Shown: positions 25,225 to 35,787, numbered from the stretch's first letter. The stretch: 64,000 nt of DNA from Nodularia sp. (in: cyanobacteria) (GCA_007692755.1 REBL01000110.1:8527-72526), one strand, 5' to 3'. A program made the numbers and translations. The notes: a model not told the origin generated them from the letters alone.

Positions 25225-26511
25225 CTAGTCTACTAGTAAACTCCTTGCCAATGCGATCGCTTGTTCTGGAGTGGAAATTTTACCCTCAGCTTGGGCGACA
25301 GCGATTTCCGTCAATAATTCGCCCAACTTTGGCGAGGGTGCAATATTTAATGCTATGATTAGTTCGTTACCACTGACTATTTTAGTGGGGTGAGCAACCA
25401 AATCATTAGGGTTCAGGTGGCGGTTGATTAATGGTGCGTAAACTTGTAGCGACTGGTCACCAGGTATCGCCGAGACCAAATTATTATCTATTAAGGCTAA
25501 AATTATTGTAGCCGCAAATACATTTCCCGCTTCTTGAAAGAAAGAATACTGTTCTCGCACTGACATACTAGCTGATTTTAGCTGCGGTAATAGTCTCAGT
25601 GCAGTGGTAACAGCTTTAATTTCCGCCTGACTGTAAGTTAGTGCTTGCAGTTCTATTTTGGCAAATTCTGGCTCAGGGTGAACAAGACAAGCCAGTTTAG
25701 CAATACCTAACCAAGTAGTTTTTACGGTGTCGCGCACAGACTGTTGTAGTTCTCCACTCAGTTGCGGCCAATTTTGGGCGATTAAAGCGGCTACTGTGTC
25801 CACTTTTACTAGTTTTTTCCAGCTTTGGGGAGTTGCATTTTTGCAGAAAGGCGCAAGTAAACCATTTTCTGCGGCCTTAATTAGCCAAAATGTCCCTTGA
25901 GAATTTGCTAATAAATAATTAATTTCTACTCGCACTCGTTCAGCAGCGACTTCTGAGATATATGATGCCAAAGTCTGAATAGTTTTTTCTGTATCGGACT
26001 CAATGGTAAAATCAAGTTGGGCAGCTTGACGATATGCCCGCATTAATCGCAGAGGGTCGTCTTTGAGGTTAGCTGGTGATACCATTCGCAATCTACCCTG
26101 TTCTAAGTCAGCCCGGCCTTGTAAGGGGTCAATGATTTCTTGGGTATGGGGATTATAAGCGATCGCATTAATTGTAAAATCTCTTCTATGCAAGTCAGTC
26201 TCTAAACTACCGCCTTCCTGTTGGGCAAAATCGGCTGTAGCTTGGGGAAATACCACACGGGCGATTTGCCTTTGGGCATCGAGAACTACAAAACCAGCAT
26301 GATAATGAAGTGCGATCGCTTCAGCCACTGCCACTGCCCCAGAGGGTATAATAAAATCTAGATCCAAGTAGTCACGAGTTCGACCCAGAAGGGCATCCCG
26401 TACCGCACCACCGACAATATAAGCAGGTCGTGGCAACCATTCCAAACTAAAAGGCCAATTTTCGGGATCTAGAGTAGGATATATCAAACCGTACATTGTC
26501 ATAAAAATCAA
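25225..26511 (-). CDS. cca: CCA-adding tRNA nucleotidyltransferase / poly(A) polymerase family protein
   Basis: The head-domain motifs are YIVGGAVRDALLGR, DLDFI and RRDFTINAIAY, followed by DPLRLMRAYR. The start could be any of three Met codons in MIFMTM. Confidence 0.85.
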   Translation of the reverse strand: MIFMTMYGLIYPTLDPENWPFSLEWLPRPAYIVGGAVRDALLGRTRDYLDLDFIIPSGAVAVAEAIALHYHAGFVVLDAQRQIARVVFPQATADFAQQEGGSLETDLHRRDFTINAIAYNPHTQEIIDPLQGRADLEQGRLRMVSPANLKDDPLRLMRAYRQAAQLDFTIESDTEKTIQTLASYISEVAAERVRVEINYLLANSQGTFWLIKAAENGLLAPFCKNATPQSWKKLVKVDTVAALIAQNWPQLSGELQQSVRDTVKTTWLGIAKLACLVHPEPEFAKIELQALTYSQAEIKAVTTALRLLPQLKSASMSVREQYSFFQEAGNVFAATIILALIDNNLVSAIPGDQSLQVYAPLINRHLNPNDLVAHPTKIVSGNELIIALNIAPSPKLGELLTEIAVAQAEGKISTPEQAIALARSLLVD

Positions 26512-26586
26512 CCCAACAACTAGTGAATAAAAGTTGGGCTTAAGTTACATTAGCAATAAAGACAGGTTCTTGGAGTCAGTTCTATT

Positions 26587-26835
26587 ATGTGTATTTGCGT
26601 GAACTGCCACTACGTAGACCGTTGTGAAACCTACCACGCCGTAGAAGCACAGCACCAACAGCCCCACTTAACTGAAAATCCCACCTTTGACCCGAATGAA
26701 CCCTCCATTAATGTCAACATCCGCACCAGCGACGATGTAATTGAAATGGAATGGGATGTTGTCGGTTGTCTCAGCTTTAAGCGGGAAATGGGTAAGTGGT
26801 CGAAATTACGTCCTGGTGAACTAGTACCGACGTGA
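26587..26835 (+). CDS. ycf34: Ycf34 family protein
   Basis: MCICVNCHYVDRC.TYHAVE..H is the conserved Ycf34 Cys motif. The length is 82 aa. Confidence 0.85.
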   Translation: MCICVNCHYVDRCETYHAVEAQHQQPHLTENPTFDPNEPSINVNIRTSDDVIEMEWDVVGCLSFKREMGKWSKLRPGELVPT

Positions 26836-27072
26836 TGAAAACTAATTGTTGGATATTCAAAGCGGCTACTATTCACTTTAGTAGTCGTATATTTTACTGT
26901 GAATATAGCCGTTCCCAGTTTAATAAAGCACAAAATTATCTGCGTTTATCTGCGCCCATCTGCGTTTAATTATTACTGCTTGTACCTCAGTGGAATCGGA
27001 ATTGCTATATAAAGCAACGGTTATATGCTTGAATAAACAAAATACCCACAAATCATAAATTTTAAATTAACC

Positions 27073-27732
27073 TTGACCCCAGAACCACAAAACCTTGCAA
27101 CCACAAAATACGCCATATCGCTACACACCACAACACCCGAATTGGGGTTGGCTATCAGTAATTTTGCTGGTGAAACTCGTGCTGATACTTGGGATTTGGG
27201 GCGTGATTTATCTAGCTACGTACATCAATATTTAATAGAATTTATCCAGCCCCACACCTGGGCAGACATAGAATTTATTGCCGTAGCTAGAGGCCCAGGA
27301 GGTTTTACAGGGACTCGGATTGGTGTAGTTATTGCCCGCACCTTGGGACAACAGTTAAATATACCTGTATTTGCCATTTCCACCTTAGCAGCAGTAGCTT
27401 GGGCGAACAAAGGTCAAAACCAATCAAAACCAGCAGTTATAGCCGTAGAAATGGCAGCACAACGGGGTAAAAATTTCGGTGCTATTTACCAAATATCGCC
27501 TGATAACTTGAGTATCACAGCCTTATTGCCAGATACCGTATTTACACCAGAAGCATGGCAAGAAACCTTAGCTAATTGGCAGAGTGAATATCAACTAATT
27601 AAAGCTACATCTGGTTTAGCTGCAACAGTCAGTAGTATTTTGGAACTAGCTTATTTAGATTGGCAACAAGGTAAACATCCTGATTGGTCTGAAGCTTTAC
27701 CATATTACGGACAGCATCCTGTAGATACTTGA
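27073..27732 (+). CDS. tsaB: tRNA t6A37 biosynthesis protein TsaB
   Basis: The motif is IAVARGPGGFTGTRIGVVIARTLGQQLNIPVFAIS. The length is about 220 aa and the start codon is TTG. Confidence 0.8.
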   Translation: MTPEPQNLATTKYAISLHTTTPELGLAISNFAGETRADTWDLGRDLSSYVHQYLIEFIQPHTWADIEFIAVARGPGGFTGTRIGVVIARTLGQQLNIPVFAISTLAAVAWANKGQNQSKPAVIAVEMAAQRGKNFGAIYQISPDNLSITALLPDTVFTPEAWQETLANWQSEYQLIKATSGLAATVSSILELAYLDWQQGKHPDWSEALPYYGQHPVDT

Positions 27733-27878
27733 TTAGACTCGGAGCAATGCGATTTTGTGAAATACGAAAAATTTGTAATCTAAATTATCTATATTTGTAG
27801 CAACGTGACAAGTTAATGCTGGGGCTATAGCTGCCTCGAAGTTGATATGCTCGATTCTCTGGAGGCATAGAATTTTTT

Positions 27879-27893
27879 TTACCAATATGGTAA
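27879..27893. promoter_or_regulatory. Palindromic candidate operator 1 (TTACCAATATGGTAA)
   Basis: This is a perfect 15-bp palindrome embedded in a T-run, 126 nt upstream of the toxin start. A near-identical copy lies 103 bp downstream. Confidence 0.45.
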
Positions 27894-27981
27894 AGTATAA
27901 TTTGATATAAGTTTCTTTTGGCACACAACAAATTTATTACATAGATTGATATGATATCTCCTCTGGGATATACCAATTTTT

Positions 27982-27996
27982 TTACCAAAATGGTAA
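27982..27996. promoter_or_regulatory. Palindromic candidate operator 2 (TTACCAAAATGGTAA)
   Basis: The half-sites TTACCA/TGGTAA are the same as in operator 1, and both copies share the flank TTTTTTACCA..ATGGTAAA. It lies 23 nt upstream of ATG 28019. Confidence 0.45.
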
Positions 27997-28018
27997 ACTT
28001 GTATTAGTCTATTAACAC

Positions 28019-28348
28019 ATGGAAATCGCCTTCGCTGACAGCAAACTGCAAAAACTATGCGAGCAAGAAAAACTAGCACAAAGAAAATTGGGTGCAAACT
28101 GTGCCAAAAAATTGAGAACCCAGCTGACTATGCTTCGTGTTGCTAGTTGTGTCGCGGAATTAGTTATAGGTCGTCCCCATCCTTTAAGAGGAGATAGGGC
28201 TGGTGAATTTGCAGTAAACCTAGAAGGTGGTAAACGACTTGTATTTAAACCAGATAACGACCCCATCCCCTTGACTGAGGATGAAAGCATTGATTGGTCA
28301 AAAGTTACTGCTGTTTGTATTGTTTTCATTGGAGATTACCATGACTAA
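28019..28348 (+). CDS. HigB-like ('killer protein') RelE/ParE-superfamily toxin
   Basis: The motifs PHPLRGDRAGEFAVNLEGGKRLVF ... IGDYHD match the h-P-L-K-G-D-R-x-G-x-w ... DYH pattern of plasmid-maintenance killer proteins. The stop overlaps the next ATG (ATGACTAA). Confidence 0.7.
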   Translation: MEIAFADSKLQKLCEQEKLAQRKLGANCAKKLRTQLTMLRVASCVAELVIGRPHPLRGDRAGEFAVNLEGGKRLVFKPDNDPIPLTEDESIDWSKVTAVCIVFIGDYHD

Positions 28349-29447
28349 GACCACCCGACCCTTTACTCCCAATTGGGTATCTTCCCCTGGTGATGCGATC
28401 GCGGATTTCTTAGAAGAGCGTGATTGGACACAAGCACAGTTAGCAGAGCGTTTAGGCTATAGCATCAAACATATCAGTTTGCTGGTTAACGGCAAAGCAC
28501 CTCTTAATGAAGAAACAGCCCTGAAGCTAGAACGCGTTGTGGGGAGTACAGCAGCATTCTGGCTCAGATATGAAGCTCAATATCGCGCTGCTTTAGCCAA
28601 GAAAGAAGAAGAAAACCGCTTACAGGGGTGGACATCTTGGTTAGATGAGTTACCAGTCAAAGAATTGATGAACCAAGGTGTAATTCCCAAGTGCCGTTTA
28701 ATCGCTCAGAATAAGCCAGATTTGGTAAAAAAGCTATTGCAATTTTTCGGTGTAGCCTCACCGGAAGATTGGCAGAATTACTATGTAGGTATGGAAGCTG
28801 CTTTTCGTCGCACCCGAGAAGAACAAAGTGATGTGGGTGCTATTTCTGCTTGGTTGCGGTTGGGTGAAATAGAAGCCGAAAAACAGGACTGTCCTAAGTA
28901 CAGTAAACCCAAGTTTGAAAAAGCAGTGCGGGAAATTCGCACTCTGACAGTGTTACCACCAGAAGAATTTGAACCACAAATACAACAGTTGTGTCGGGAA
29001 GCCGGTGTTGTGCTGGTTTTAGTACCATCAATCAAGCGATCGCACGTTAGTGGTGTAGCCCGGTGGTTAAATCCCCATAAGGCATTGATTCAACTTTCAC
29101 TTTATGGTAAAACAAATGACCGCTTCTGGTTTAATTTCTTCCATGAAGCTGCACATATCCTACTACATAATCAAAAAAAGATTTTTCTAGATGAATGGGA
29201 TAGTGGGGAAAATTTATCATCGGAACAAGAACGCGAAGCAAATCAATGGTCGCGGGAATTCTTGATCCCACCTAAGTATGAAGAAGAATTAGCACAAATT
29301 AGATTTGAAACTGATGTTGTTGATTTTGCAGAACGTATCGGTATTCATCCAGCTATTGTACTAGGTCGGCTGCAACATGATGATCTCATAGACTATTCTT
29401 CTATGAATGGTTTAAAGGAGAGTTTGCGTTTTCCAGAGGTAAAATAA
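28341..29447 (+). CDS. HigA-type XRE HTH antitoxin fused to an ImmA/IrrE-family zinc metallopeptidase
   Basis: The N-terminus is SPGDAIADFLEERDWTQAQLAERLGYSIKHISLLVNGKAPLNEETALKLERVVGSTAAFWL (HigA HTH). The C-terminus has the HEXXH motif FFHEAAHILLH. I use ATG 28341; the track start 28281 lies inside the toxin gene. Confidence 0.7.
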   Translation: MTKTTRPFTPNWVSSPGDAIADFLEERDWTQAQLAERLGYSIKHISLLVNGKAPLNEETALKLERVVGSTAAFWLRYEAQYRAALAKKEEENRLQGWTSWLDELPVKELMNQGVIPKCRLIAQNKPDLVKKLLQFFGVASPEDWQNYYVGMEAAFRRTREEQSDVGAISAWLRLGEIEAEKQDCPKYSKPKFEKAVREIRTLTVLPPEEFEPQIQQLCREAGVVLVLVPSIKRSHVSGVARWLNPHKALIQLSLYGKTNDRFWFNFFHEAAHILLHNQKKIFLDEWDSGENLSSEQEREANQWSREFLIPPKYEEELAQIRFETDVVDFAERIGIHPAIVLGRLQHDDLIDYSSMNGLKESLRFPEVK

Positions 29448-29556
29448 GTACGAAATAATACAAGTTAGAAACTTTGTGGTGGCTATATCACTACAGTTTC
29501 TCTGGAGGTGAAGCAGCGAGAGACAGGTATGAAAACCCATCCTCGCTGATGATGGC

Positions 29557-30879
29557 TTAAGCTGTCAGAGAAGCGATCGCCTCTTCAACAGCTTGCAAAG
29601 CCAAATTCACCTCCGCCTCGGTGACAATCAACGGCGGCACAAACCGCACAACTTTCGGACCGGCTGGTACTAGCAATAAACCCTTGTCCATAGCAGCTTT
29701 GACAATATCAGCGGCGGTGAGTGGAATGTCTGCTTGTAACTCCATTCCATTAATTAAACCCCAGCCTCTGACTTCAGAAATGTGGTGAGGATATTTAGCT
29801 GCGATCGCGTTTAATCCATCTCGCAATTGTATACCCCGTTCTTCCACATTCTGCAATATATTCTCTTTTTCTAAAGTCTGGCAAACAGCCAGCGCCACAC
29901 CACAAACAAAGGGATTACCCCCAAAAGTGCTAGCGTGTTCACCTGGTTGGAAGACATCGCAGAACTTCTTACTCATCATCGCCCCAATGGGGATACCACC
30001 ACCCAAACCTTTGGCACTGGTGAAGATATCCGGTTCCACACCCAGATGTTCATAACCCCATAACTTACCGCTGCGTCCCATTCCCACTTGCACTTCGTCG
30101 AACATTAACAAAACGCCAGTTTCATCACAAACTTGGCGCAGCTTTTGGAAATAAGCTACATCACCCGGACGCACACCGCCTTCTCCTTGCAAAGGTTCAA
30201 TTAAAATTGCCGATACACCGTAATCTCCTTCATCTAATTCACTAATTGCTGCCTCTATAGCATTAATATCGTTATAAGGGACATATTCAAAACCTGGTAC
30301 TAAAGGATCAAAGTATTTTTGATACTTCGGTTGTCCTGTTGCGGTAATTGTCGCCAAAGTCCGACCGTGGAAACTAGCATTGGCTGTTAAAATAAGTGGC
30401 TTGTCAATTTTTTGAACTGTATGGGCATATTTCCGCGCCAGTTTGATTGCGGCTTCATTAGCCTCAGCACCAGAGTTGCAGAAAAATACGCTATCGGCAC
30501 AGGAATGTTCAACTAACCATTTGGCTAATTCACCTTGTTCAGGAATATAGTACAAATTAGAAACATGGTGCAGCTTCTGGATTTGGCGCGTTACCGCTTC
30601 TACCATTGCTGGGTGGGCGTGTCCGAGGGTGCAAGTGGCAATTCCGGCTACAAAGTCCAGATATTCACGTCCCTGGGTATCCCAAACGCGACAGCCAGCA
30701 CCCCTGTCTAAGGCTAGGGGAAAACGGGCATAAGTTGACATGACGGCTTCATTGAAGCTGTCAGCATCAAAAGGACTGGATGACATAGAACCTGATGTTG
30801 GGGGGATGGTAGCTTGCTCAATGAGAGTTTCTATGCTCACAACCGCGCCTCCTGATAAGTCTTTTATTTTAATACTCAC
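29557..30879 (-). CDS. argD: Acetylornithine aminotransferase (class III PLP aminotransferase)
   Basis: The motifs are VMSTYARFPLALDRGAGCRVWD, FFCNSGAEANEAAIKLARKY, DEVQVGMGRSGKLW and the PLP lysine in FTSAKGLGGG. The start could be the downstream Met at 30786. Confidence 0.85.
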   Translation of the reverse strand: MSIKIKDLSGGAVVSIETLIEQATIPPTSGSMSSSPFDADSFNEAVMSTYARFPLALDRGAGCRVWDTQGREYLDFVAGIATCTLGHAHPAMVEAVTRQIQKLHHVSNLYYIPEQGELAKWLVEHSCADSVFFCNSGAEANEAAIKLARKYAHTVQKIDKPLILTANASFHGRTLATITATGQPKYQKYFDPLVPGFEYVPYNDINAIEAAISELDEGDYGVSAILIEPLQGEGGVRPGDVAYFQKLRQVCDETGVLLMFDEVQVGMGRSGKLWGYEHLGVEPDIFTSAKGLGGGIPIGAMMSKKFCDVFQPGEHASTFGGNPFVCGVALAVCQTLEKENILQNVEERGIQLRDGLNAIAAKYPHHISEVRGWGLINGMELQADIPLTAADIVKAAMDKGLLLVPAGPKVVRFVPPLIVTEAEVNLALQAVEEAIASLTA

Positions 30880-30991
30880 TTACTAGTTTGCTAGATATTC
30901 TTAAAAATTACATTTTATTTAACAAATCTGATACTTTTTTGTAGGCTAACGGTTAAATATCCTGCTAAAAAATGGTAACGGTGGAAAAATT

Positions 30992-32056
30992 TTGTATTCC
31001 GTACTTGAGCAAAAATACCGACGACTGCAAAAAGAACTCACGGTAGGGGCGATTTCTCTGGGTGGCGTTTTCCTGACTGGTACTTTTTGGTACACGTTCA
31101 TGGAGGGTTGGTCATGGGAAGAAGCTGCTTACATGACAGTGATCACCTTAACGACAGTGGGCTTTGGGGAGACTAATCCCTTGAGTCGCCAAGGTCGATT
31201 ATTTACAATTGGCTTGATTATGTTGGGTGTAATCACTATTGGTTACATGGTGAACAGATTTACAGAAGCCGTAATTCAAGGCTACTTTCAAGAAGGAATC
31301 AGACTACGGCAGCAGAGAAGGTTAATGGAATCACTGACAAAACATTATATTATCTGTGGATTTAGTCGCACTGGTCGGCAAATTGCCAAAGAATTTCAGG
31401 CGGAGGGTGTTCCTTTTGTCGTAGTTGATTTAAATCTCGAAGCTGTAGAAGAGGTACAAGCACAGAACTACATAGCATTCCAAGGTGATGTGACTCTCGA
31501 TGAAACTTTATTGAGAGTTGGCGTGGAACGAGCGATTTGTATTGTGGCTGCTTTACCTTCAGATGCAGAAAATTTATATACAGTGTTAACAGCAAAAACA
31601 CTGAATCCCGGAATTCGCGCGATCGCACGGGCAAGTACAGAAGAATCTGTGAAAAAATTACAACGTGGTGGGGCTGATATTGTGGTTTCACCCTACATTA
31701 CTGGTGGTAAGCGCATGGCGGCGGCGGCTTTGAGACCCCAAGTATTAGATTTTGTCGATGGTTTCATCTCCGGTGCAGACAGCCAGTTTTATATGGAAGA
31801 ATTTTTACTTGATCCGGCTGTGTATCCTTATGTGGGTCAAACTTTAAAAGAAGCTAGGTTGCGATCGCAATCCGGGGCATTAGTGATTGCCATTCGTCGC
31901 GCCGATGGTCGTCTAATTGGTGGCCCCACTGGCAATACTATTTTATTACCAGGAGATATCCTGATTTGTATGGGGACATCGGAACAATTGCGTAGTCTGA
32001 ACCAAATTCTCATCCCTATTAAACATCTCCGACGACAACGACCGGGAAATACCTAA
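30992..32056 (+). CDS. Two-TM potassium channel with TrkA-N/TrkA-C (RCK) domains
   Basis: The selectivity filter is TLTTVGFGE. The RCK Rossmann motif is HYIICGFSRTGRQIAKE and a TrkA-C domain lies at the C-terminus. The start codon is TTG. Confidence 0.8.
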   Translation: MYSVLEQKYRRLQKELTVGAISLGGVFLTGTFWYTFMEGWSWEEAAYMTVITLTTVGFGETNPLSRQGRLFTIGLIMLGVITIGYMVNRFTEAVIQGYFQEGIRLRQQRRLMESLTKHYIICGFSRTGRQIAKEFQAEGVPFVVVDLNLEAVEEVQAQNYIAFQGDVTLDETLLRVGVERAICIVAALPSDAENLYTVLTAKTLNPGIRAIARASTEESVKKLQRGGADIVVSPYITGGKRMAAAALRPQVLDFVDGFISGADSQFYMEEFLLDPAVYPYVGQTLKEARLRSQSGALVIAIRRADGRLIGGPTGNTILLPGDILICMGTSEQLRSLNQILIPIKHLRRQRPGNT

Positions 32057-33033
32057 TTCTTTAACCACTGCAAAATTCTGGTTTTACTCTCTAATAAACC
32101 CTTGTATCCCAGTGATGCTGATGTCATAGACTCAATTGCTGCACACAATTTAGCTCGTAATACTGGGTCTTGTTTCAGCTCGTAACAATCTCTAAAGTAA
32201 GTCCGAATAGTAAACAGTGCCGCCTCATACTTGGGTAATCCCCAAATCACTTGTCGCTCAATTCTTAAGTAAAGTTGGGGATGCTGCGGGTCAAAACTTC
32301 TACCTTGCCATTGATGGACTGAGACACCAAGGGGTGGTTGAGGATGATGATTCAGACGGGTATCGGTACTCAAACCCCAAGCAAAACGCACCATTGGTTT
32401 TTGGTCAATCATTGTATTCGCGATCGCATCTCCCCGCAGATTTATTTTTTCCATCCCGGCGACAGGTGCATGAATCGCGGCAAAGTTTTTCCCAATTTTT
32501 GACTCGGCTGACCAGTGATTGGGATAGCAAAGATGGACTGCACTCAACCAATTACTACCATCCCCAGAACGACAAATTACTGTGATATCTTCTTGAATTT
32601 GTGCGGCTAAAGCATCAAGAGTAGAGGCGTAAGGGGGAATAACTGAACTACCTTGGACTTGCTGTAACTGCCAATCTGCATCTAAAATCAGGGTTTCTTG
32701 AGTAAGTCGGCTATGGAATTTGAGCGTGTTGGCTATTTTTTGACACTCAAAATATTGTGGGTGTTCTTGAGTGAGGCGTTCAATAATTAAACAAGCGATC
32801 GCACCAGCTACAGCCTGAGAATAGTTGCAGGTCTGATAATATTTACTCAAACTTTCCCCACGAACTAAAATTTTATTTTGGCGGTAATGGGTAAAATTAT
32901 CATCAATTTGGAACACCTGTTGATCAGCTTCACCATTACCCAAGCAGCAACCAAAAGGCATCATTCCCGGCTTGACTTCATAGCGTCCATTGATCAAGGG
33001 GAAATAACAAGCTGGATGATTATCAGGTTTCAC
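32053..33033 (-). CDS. DUF3445-like (heme-dependent oxidative N-demethylase alpha-type) protein
   Basis: The family assignment is from memory of the general pattern (about 320 aa, ...IQEDITVI...HLCYPNHWS...HAPV). I did not verify it. Confidence 0.4.
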   Translation of the reverse strand: MKPDNHPACYFPLINGRYEVKPGMMPFGCCLGNGEADQQVFQIDDNFTHYRQNKILVRGESLSKYYQTCNYSQAVAGAIACLIIERLTQEHPQYFECQKIANTLKFHSRLTQETLILDADWQLQQVQGSSVIPPYASTLDALAAQIQEDITVICRSGDGSNWLSAVHLCYPNHWSAESKIGKNFAAIHAPVAGMEKINLRGDAIANTMIDQKPMVRFAWGLSTDTRLNHHPQPPLGVSVHQWQGRSFDPQHPQLYLRIERQVIWGLPKYEAALFTIRTYFRDCYELKQDPVLRAKLCAAIESMTSASLGYKGLLESKTRILQWLKN

Positions 33034-33042
33034 TGTTAACTG

Positions 33043-33609
33043 TTAACTTTTGACTGTTGACTGTTCAATCCATCCGTGTAAAGGTGCGATATCTTTGGTG
33101 AAAGTTTCGATAATTATCGGCGGTGCTGCTGATATTAAAACACTGGGATAAACTGCTGCACCCCAGAGAGGATGAACCAGCACCCGACATTTGTTTTTCA
33201 TCACTGGATAGTTGAGCAAAGCTTTCACCACTGCGGTGTCATTGTGGGGAATTTGTCCAGGATGAGAAAGTAAAGGATAGCCAGTGCGAGGGTCAATCAG
33301 GTCTGTTAAATAGCCGCAATCGCGCAATTGAAAAGCGAGGTCACAGCCAAACCGCATAAACTTTTCCCGCAAGCGTTCTTTCTCTATTTCTATTTCTGGC
33401 GTACTTTTTACGAGTTGATAACGTGACTGCTGTAAGACAATGACAACCCATATACAAGGTTGATTTTTCCAATCTGGTAATATCCGTTCGCAGTTGGCAC
33501 AGATATACTGACTGGGTGAATGAATGGAAATTTGCACCGCTTGTCCTGTTTCACCAACTAAATTAATAGGACAGGCTTGCTCCGAAGTGTAAACTTGGGA
33601 ATAAGTCAC
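33043..33609 (-). CDS. Conserved cyanobacterial protein, possibly MMADHC-like
   Basis: 188 aa, with the motifs FGCDLAFQLRDCGYLTDLIDPRTGYPLLS ... VLVHPLWGAAVYPSVLIS. The assignment is by recollection only. Confidence 0.35.
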   Translation of the reverse strand: MTYSQVYTSEQACPINLVGETGQAVQISIHSPSQYICANCERILPDWKNQPCIWVVIVLQQSRYQLVKSTPEIEIEKERLREKFMRFGCDLAFQLRDCGYLTDLIDPRTGYPLLSHPGQIPHNDTAVVKALLNYPVMKNKCRVLVHPLWGAAVYPSVLISAAPPIIIETFTKDIAPLHGWIEQSTVKS

Positions 33610-34230
33610 TATATTAATTCGGTATTTGCAAGTTTTACATTTAGCTATTGGTTATGATGATAACTCTTAAAAGTTCCTAAAACTCATCAACTTTACATAA
33701 TCGGTGAGGTTTTTTGAAACTTATTGTGCATAAATTGTTATTTTTTTAATCTAACTTTTATGGTTCATTAACCTATACTTAGGTATTTCGCTACTATTAC
33801 TACTTAGATTTAGAGCCAAAATTTTCAGGTGCAAAATTATCTGTGTTCATCTGTAATTAATTCTTTCCATTGCTAGGGACGCGGTTAATCGCATCACTAC
33901 AAGTCTAAATATGCTACAACACCTGTGAGTAGGATTGGAACCAAAATATACTTATACCAATTCTGTATAAAATGCGCTCAATTTAAAGATAAATAAACCA
34001 CACCAGACGCAGAGGACACAGAGAAGAAAAAGACAAGGTTAAGGCATTCGGCGCTGCCTCATAAAGAAATGGTATTAGTTCAGTTATGGTGTGAGGATGA
34101 GCAGTTTATTTGCTAATGATGTACCAACTTGAGTTAGCCATTGCTTATGACCACTTTGCTACTTCTATGTACATGGTAAACTTAAAATAAGTAATACATT
34201 AAAAATCAAAATGTCGCAACACTAAAAATA

Positions 34231-35730
34231 ATGACCACACAAATACCACAACAAAACCCCACAACTAATATACGTAGATATCAAAACTTTATTAATGGTA
34301 AATGGGTTACTCCAAGTTCTGGAGAAACTTACGAACGCAAAAGTCCATTAACTGGAAAAGGCATAGTTCAAATACCTTGGAGTAATAAAATAGATACAGA
34401 TAGGGCAATTCAAGTTGCCAGACAGGTATTTGATCATCATAATTGGTCAAAATCTCCTGCCCGGATTCGCCACGATATCTTGCGAAAAACAGCGGATTTA
34501 CTCAGAACCAAAGCCCAAGAGATTGCACAGACCCTTTGTGAAGAAGTAGGCAGACCCATTGGCATTTGTTTTGGCGAAGTACAAATTACTGCCGATGTAT
34601 ATGATTATTTTGCAGCTTTGGCACTAAATATTCATGGTGAATCCACGACTCAATATGTTAATAATGCCATTGGTTTAACAATGTCTGAACCTGTGGGTGT
34701 AATTGGCATTATTACTCCGTGGAATTTCCCCTTATTACTAGTTTCTTGGAAAATTGCCCCTGCCATAGCTGCTGGTTGCACAATGGTAGTCAAACCTAGT
34801 GAATTTACGCCTTCTAATACTTTTATCCTCGCAGAAATTCTGGCTGAAGCTGGGTTACCTGAAGGTGTAATGAATGTGGTCACAGGTGATGGAACTATTG
34901 TCGGAGAACGTTTAGTTGAGTCGCCCTTAGTTGACAAAATTGCCTTTACTGGTTCCACTGCTGTTGGTAAACAAATTATGGCCAAAGCTGCACCAACTCT
35001 CAAACGAATTAGTTTAGAATTGGGAGGAAAAAGCCCGAATATTGTCTTTCCAGATGCGGATTTAGCACAAGCAGTAGGTGGTGCATTATTTGGCATTTAT
35101 CTAAACAGTGGTCAGGTTTGCCAAGCTGGTTCTCGTTTGCTGTTGCATGAATCAATTAAAGATGAATTTATGCACCAATTAATAGCTGCAACCAAAACTC
35201 TGAAATTAGGTAACCCAATGGATGAAACAACTACGATGGGACCAGTAATTAACGAGCGGCAATTTGACAGAATTCAAAGCTATATTAAAACTGGGCAAAG
35301 TGAAGGAGCAAAACTACTAATTGGTGGGAGTGAACGCTATCATGTTGAGGGTTTTGAACAAGGATTATTTATCCAACCAACAATTTTTGATGGTGTCTCC
35401 AATGAAATGGTAATTGCCCAAGAAGAAATCTTTGGGCCTGTCCTGTCTGTCATAACTTTTAAGGACGAAGACCAAGCCCTACAAATAGCGAATAATACGC
35501 TATATGGCTTAACAGCAGCAGTGTGGACAAAAAATATTGATACCGCTATTGGCGTAGCGAAGGGAATTCGGGCTGGTACTGTCTGGGTGAATACTTATCA
35601 CGCTTCTGGACTAGAACCTTGTATGCCTTATGGCGGCTATAAACAAAGTGGTATTGGTCGAGAAGTAGGACACCAAGGTCTAGAAGAGTATTTAGAAACG
35701 AAATCCGTTCACATCAAGTTAGCAGAATAA
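34231..35730 (+). CDS. NAD(P)+-dependent aldehyde dehydrogenase
   Basis: The catalytic Glu motif is ELGGKSPNIVF, the catalytic Cys is in NSGQVCQAGSR, and WNFPL and GSTAVGK are present. Confidence 0.9.
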   Translation: MTTQIPQQNPTTNIRRYQNFINGKWVTPSSGETYERKSPLTGKGIVQIPWSNKIDTDRAIQVARQVFDHHNWSKSPARIRHDILRKTADLLRTKAQEIAQTLCEEVGRPIGICFGEVQITADVYDYFAALALNIHGESTTQYVNNAIGLTMSEPVGVIGIITPWNFPLLLVSWKIAPAIAAGCTMVVKPSEFTPSNTFILAEILAEAGLPEGVMNVVTGDGTIVGERLVESPLVDKIAFTGSTAVGKQIMAKAAPTLKRISLELGGKSPNIVFPDADLAQAVGGALFGIYLNSGQVCQAGSRLLLHESIKDEFMHQLIAATKTLKLGNPMDETTTMGPVINERQFDRIQSYIKTGQSEGAKLLIGGSERYHVEGFEQGLFIQPTIFDGVSNEMVIAQEEIFGPVLSVITFKDEDQALQIANNTLYGLTAAVWTKNIDTAIGVAKGIRAGTVWVNTYHASGLEPCMPYGGYKQSGIGREVGHQGLEEYLETKSVHIKLAE

Positions 35731-35787
35731 TTTTAGTCATTATTTTGCGTTCACATTTGCGGAGTTTAGAATCAGAGGATCTCGTAT

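Noticed and set aside
27733-28329. Four minus-strand ORFs (27733-27924, 27785-27988, 27879-28097, 28012-28329)
   Set aside because: They cover the AT-rich operator/promoter region and the antisense of the HigB-like gene. They overlap each other and have no motifs.
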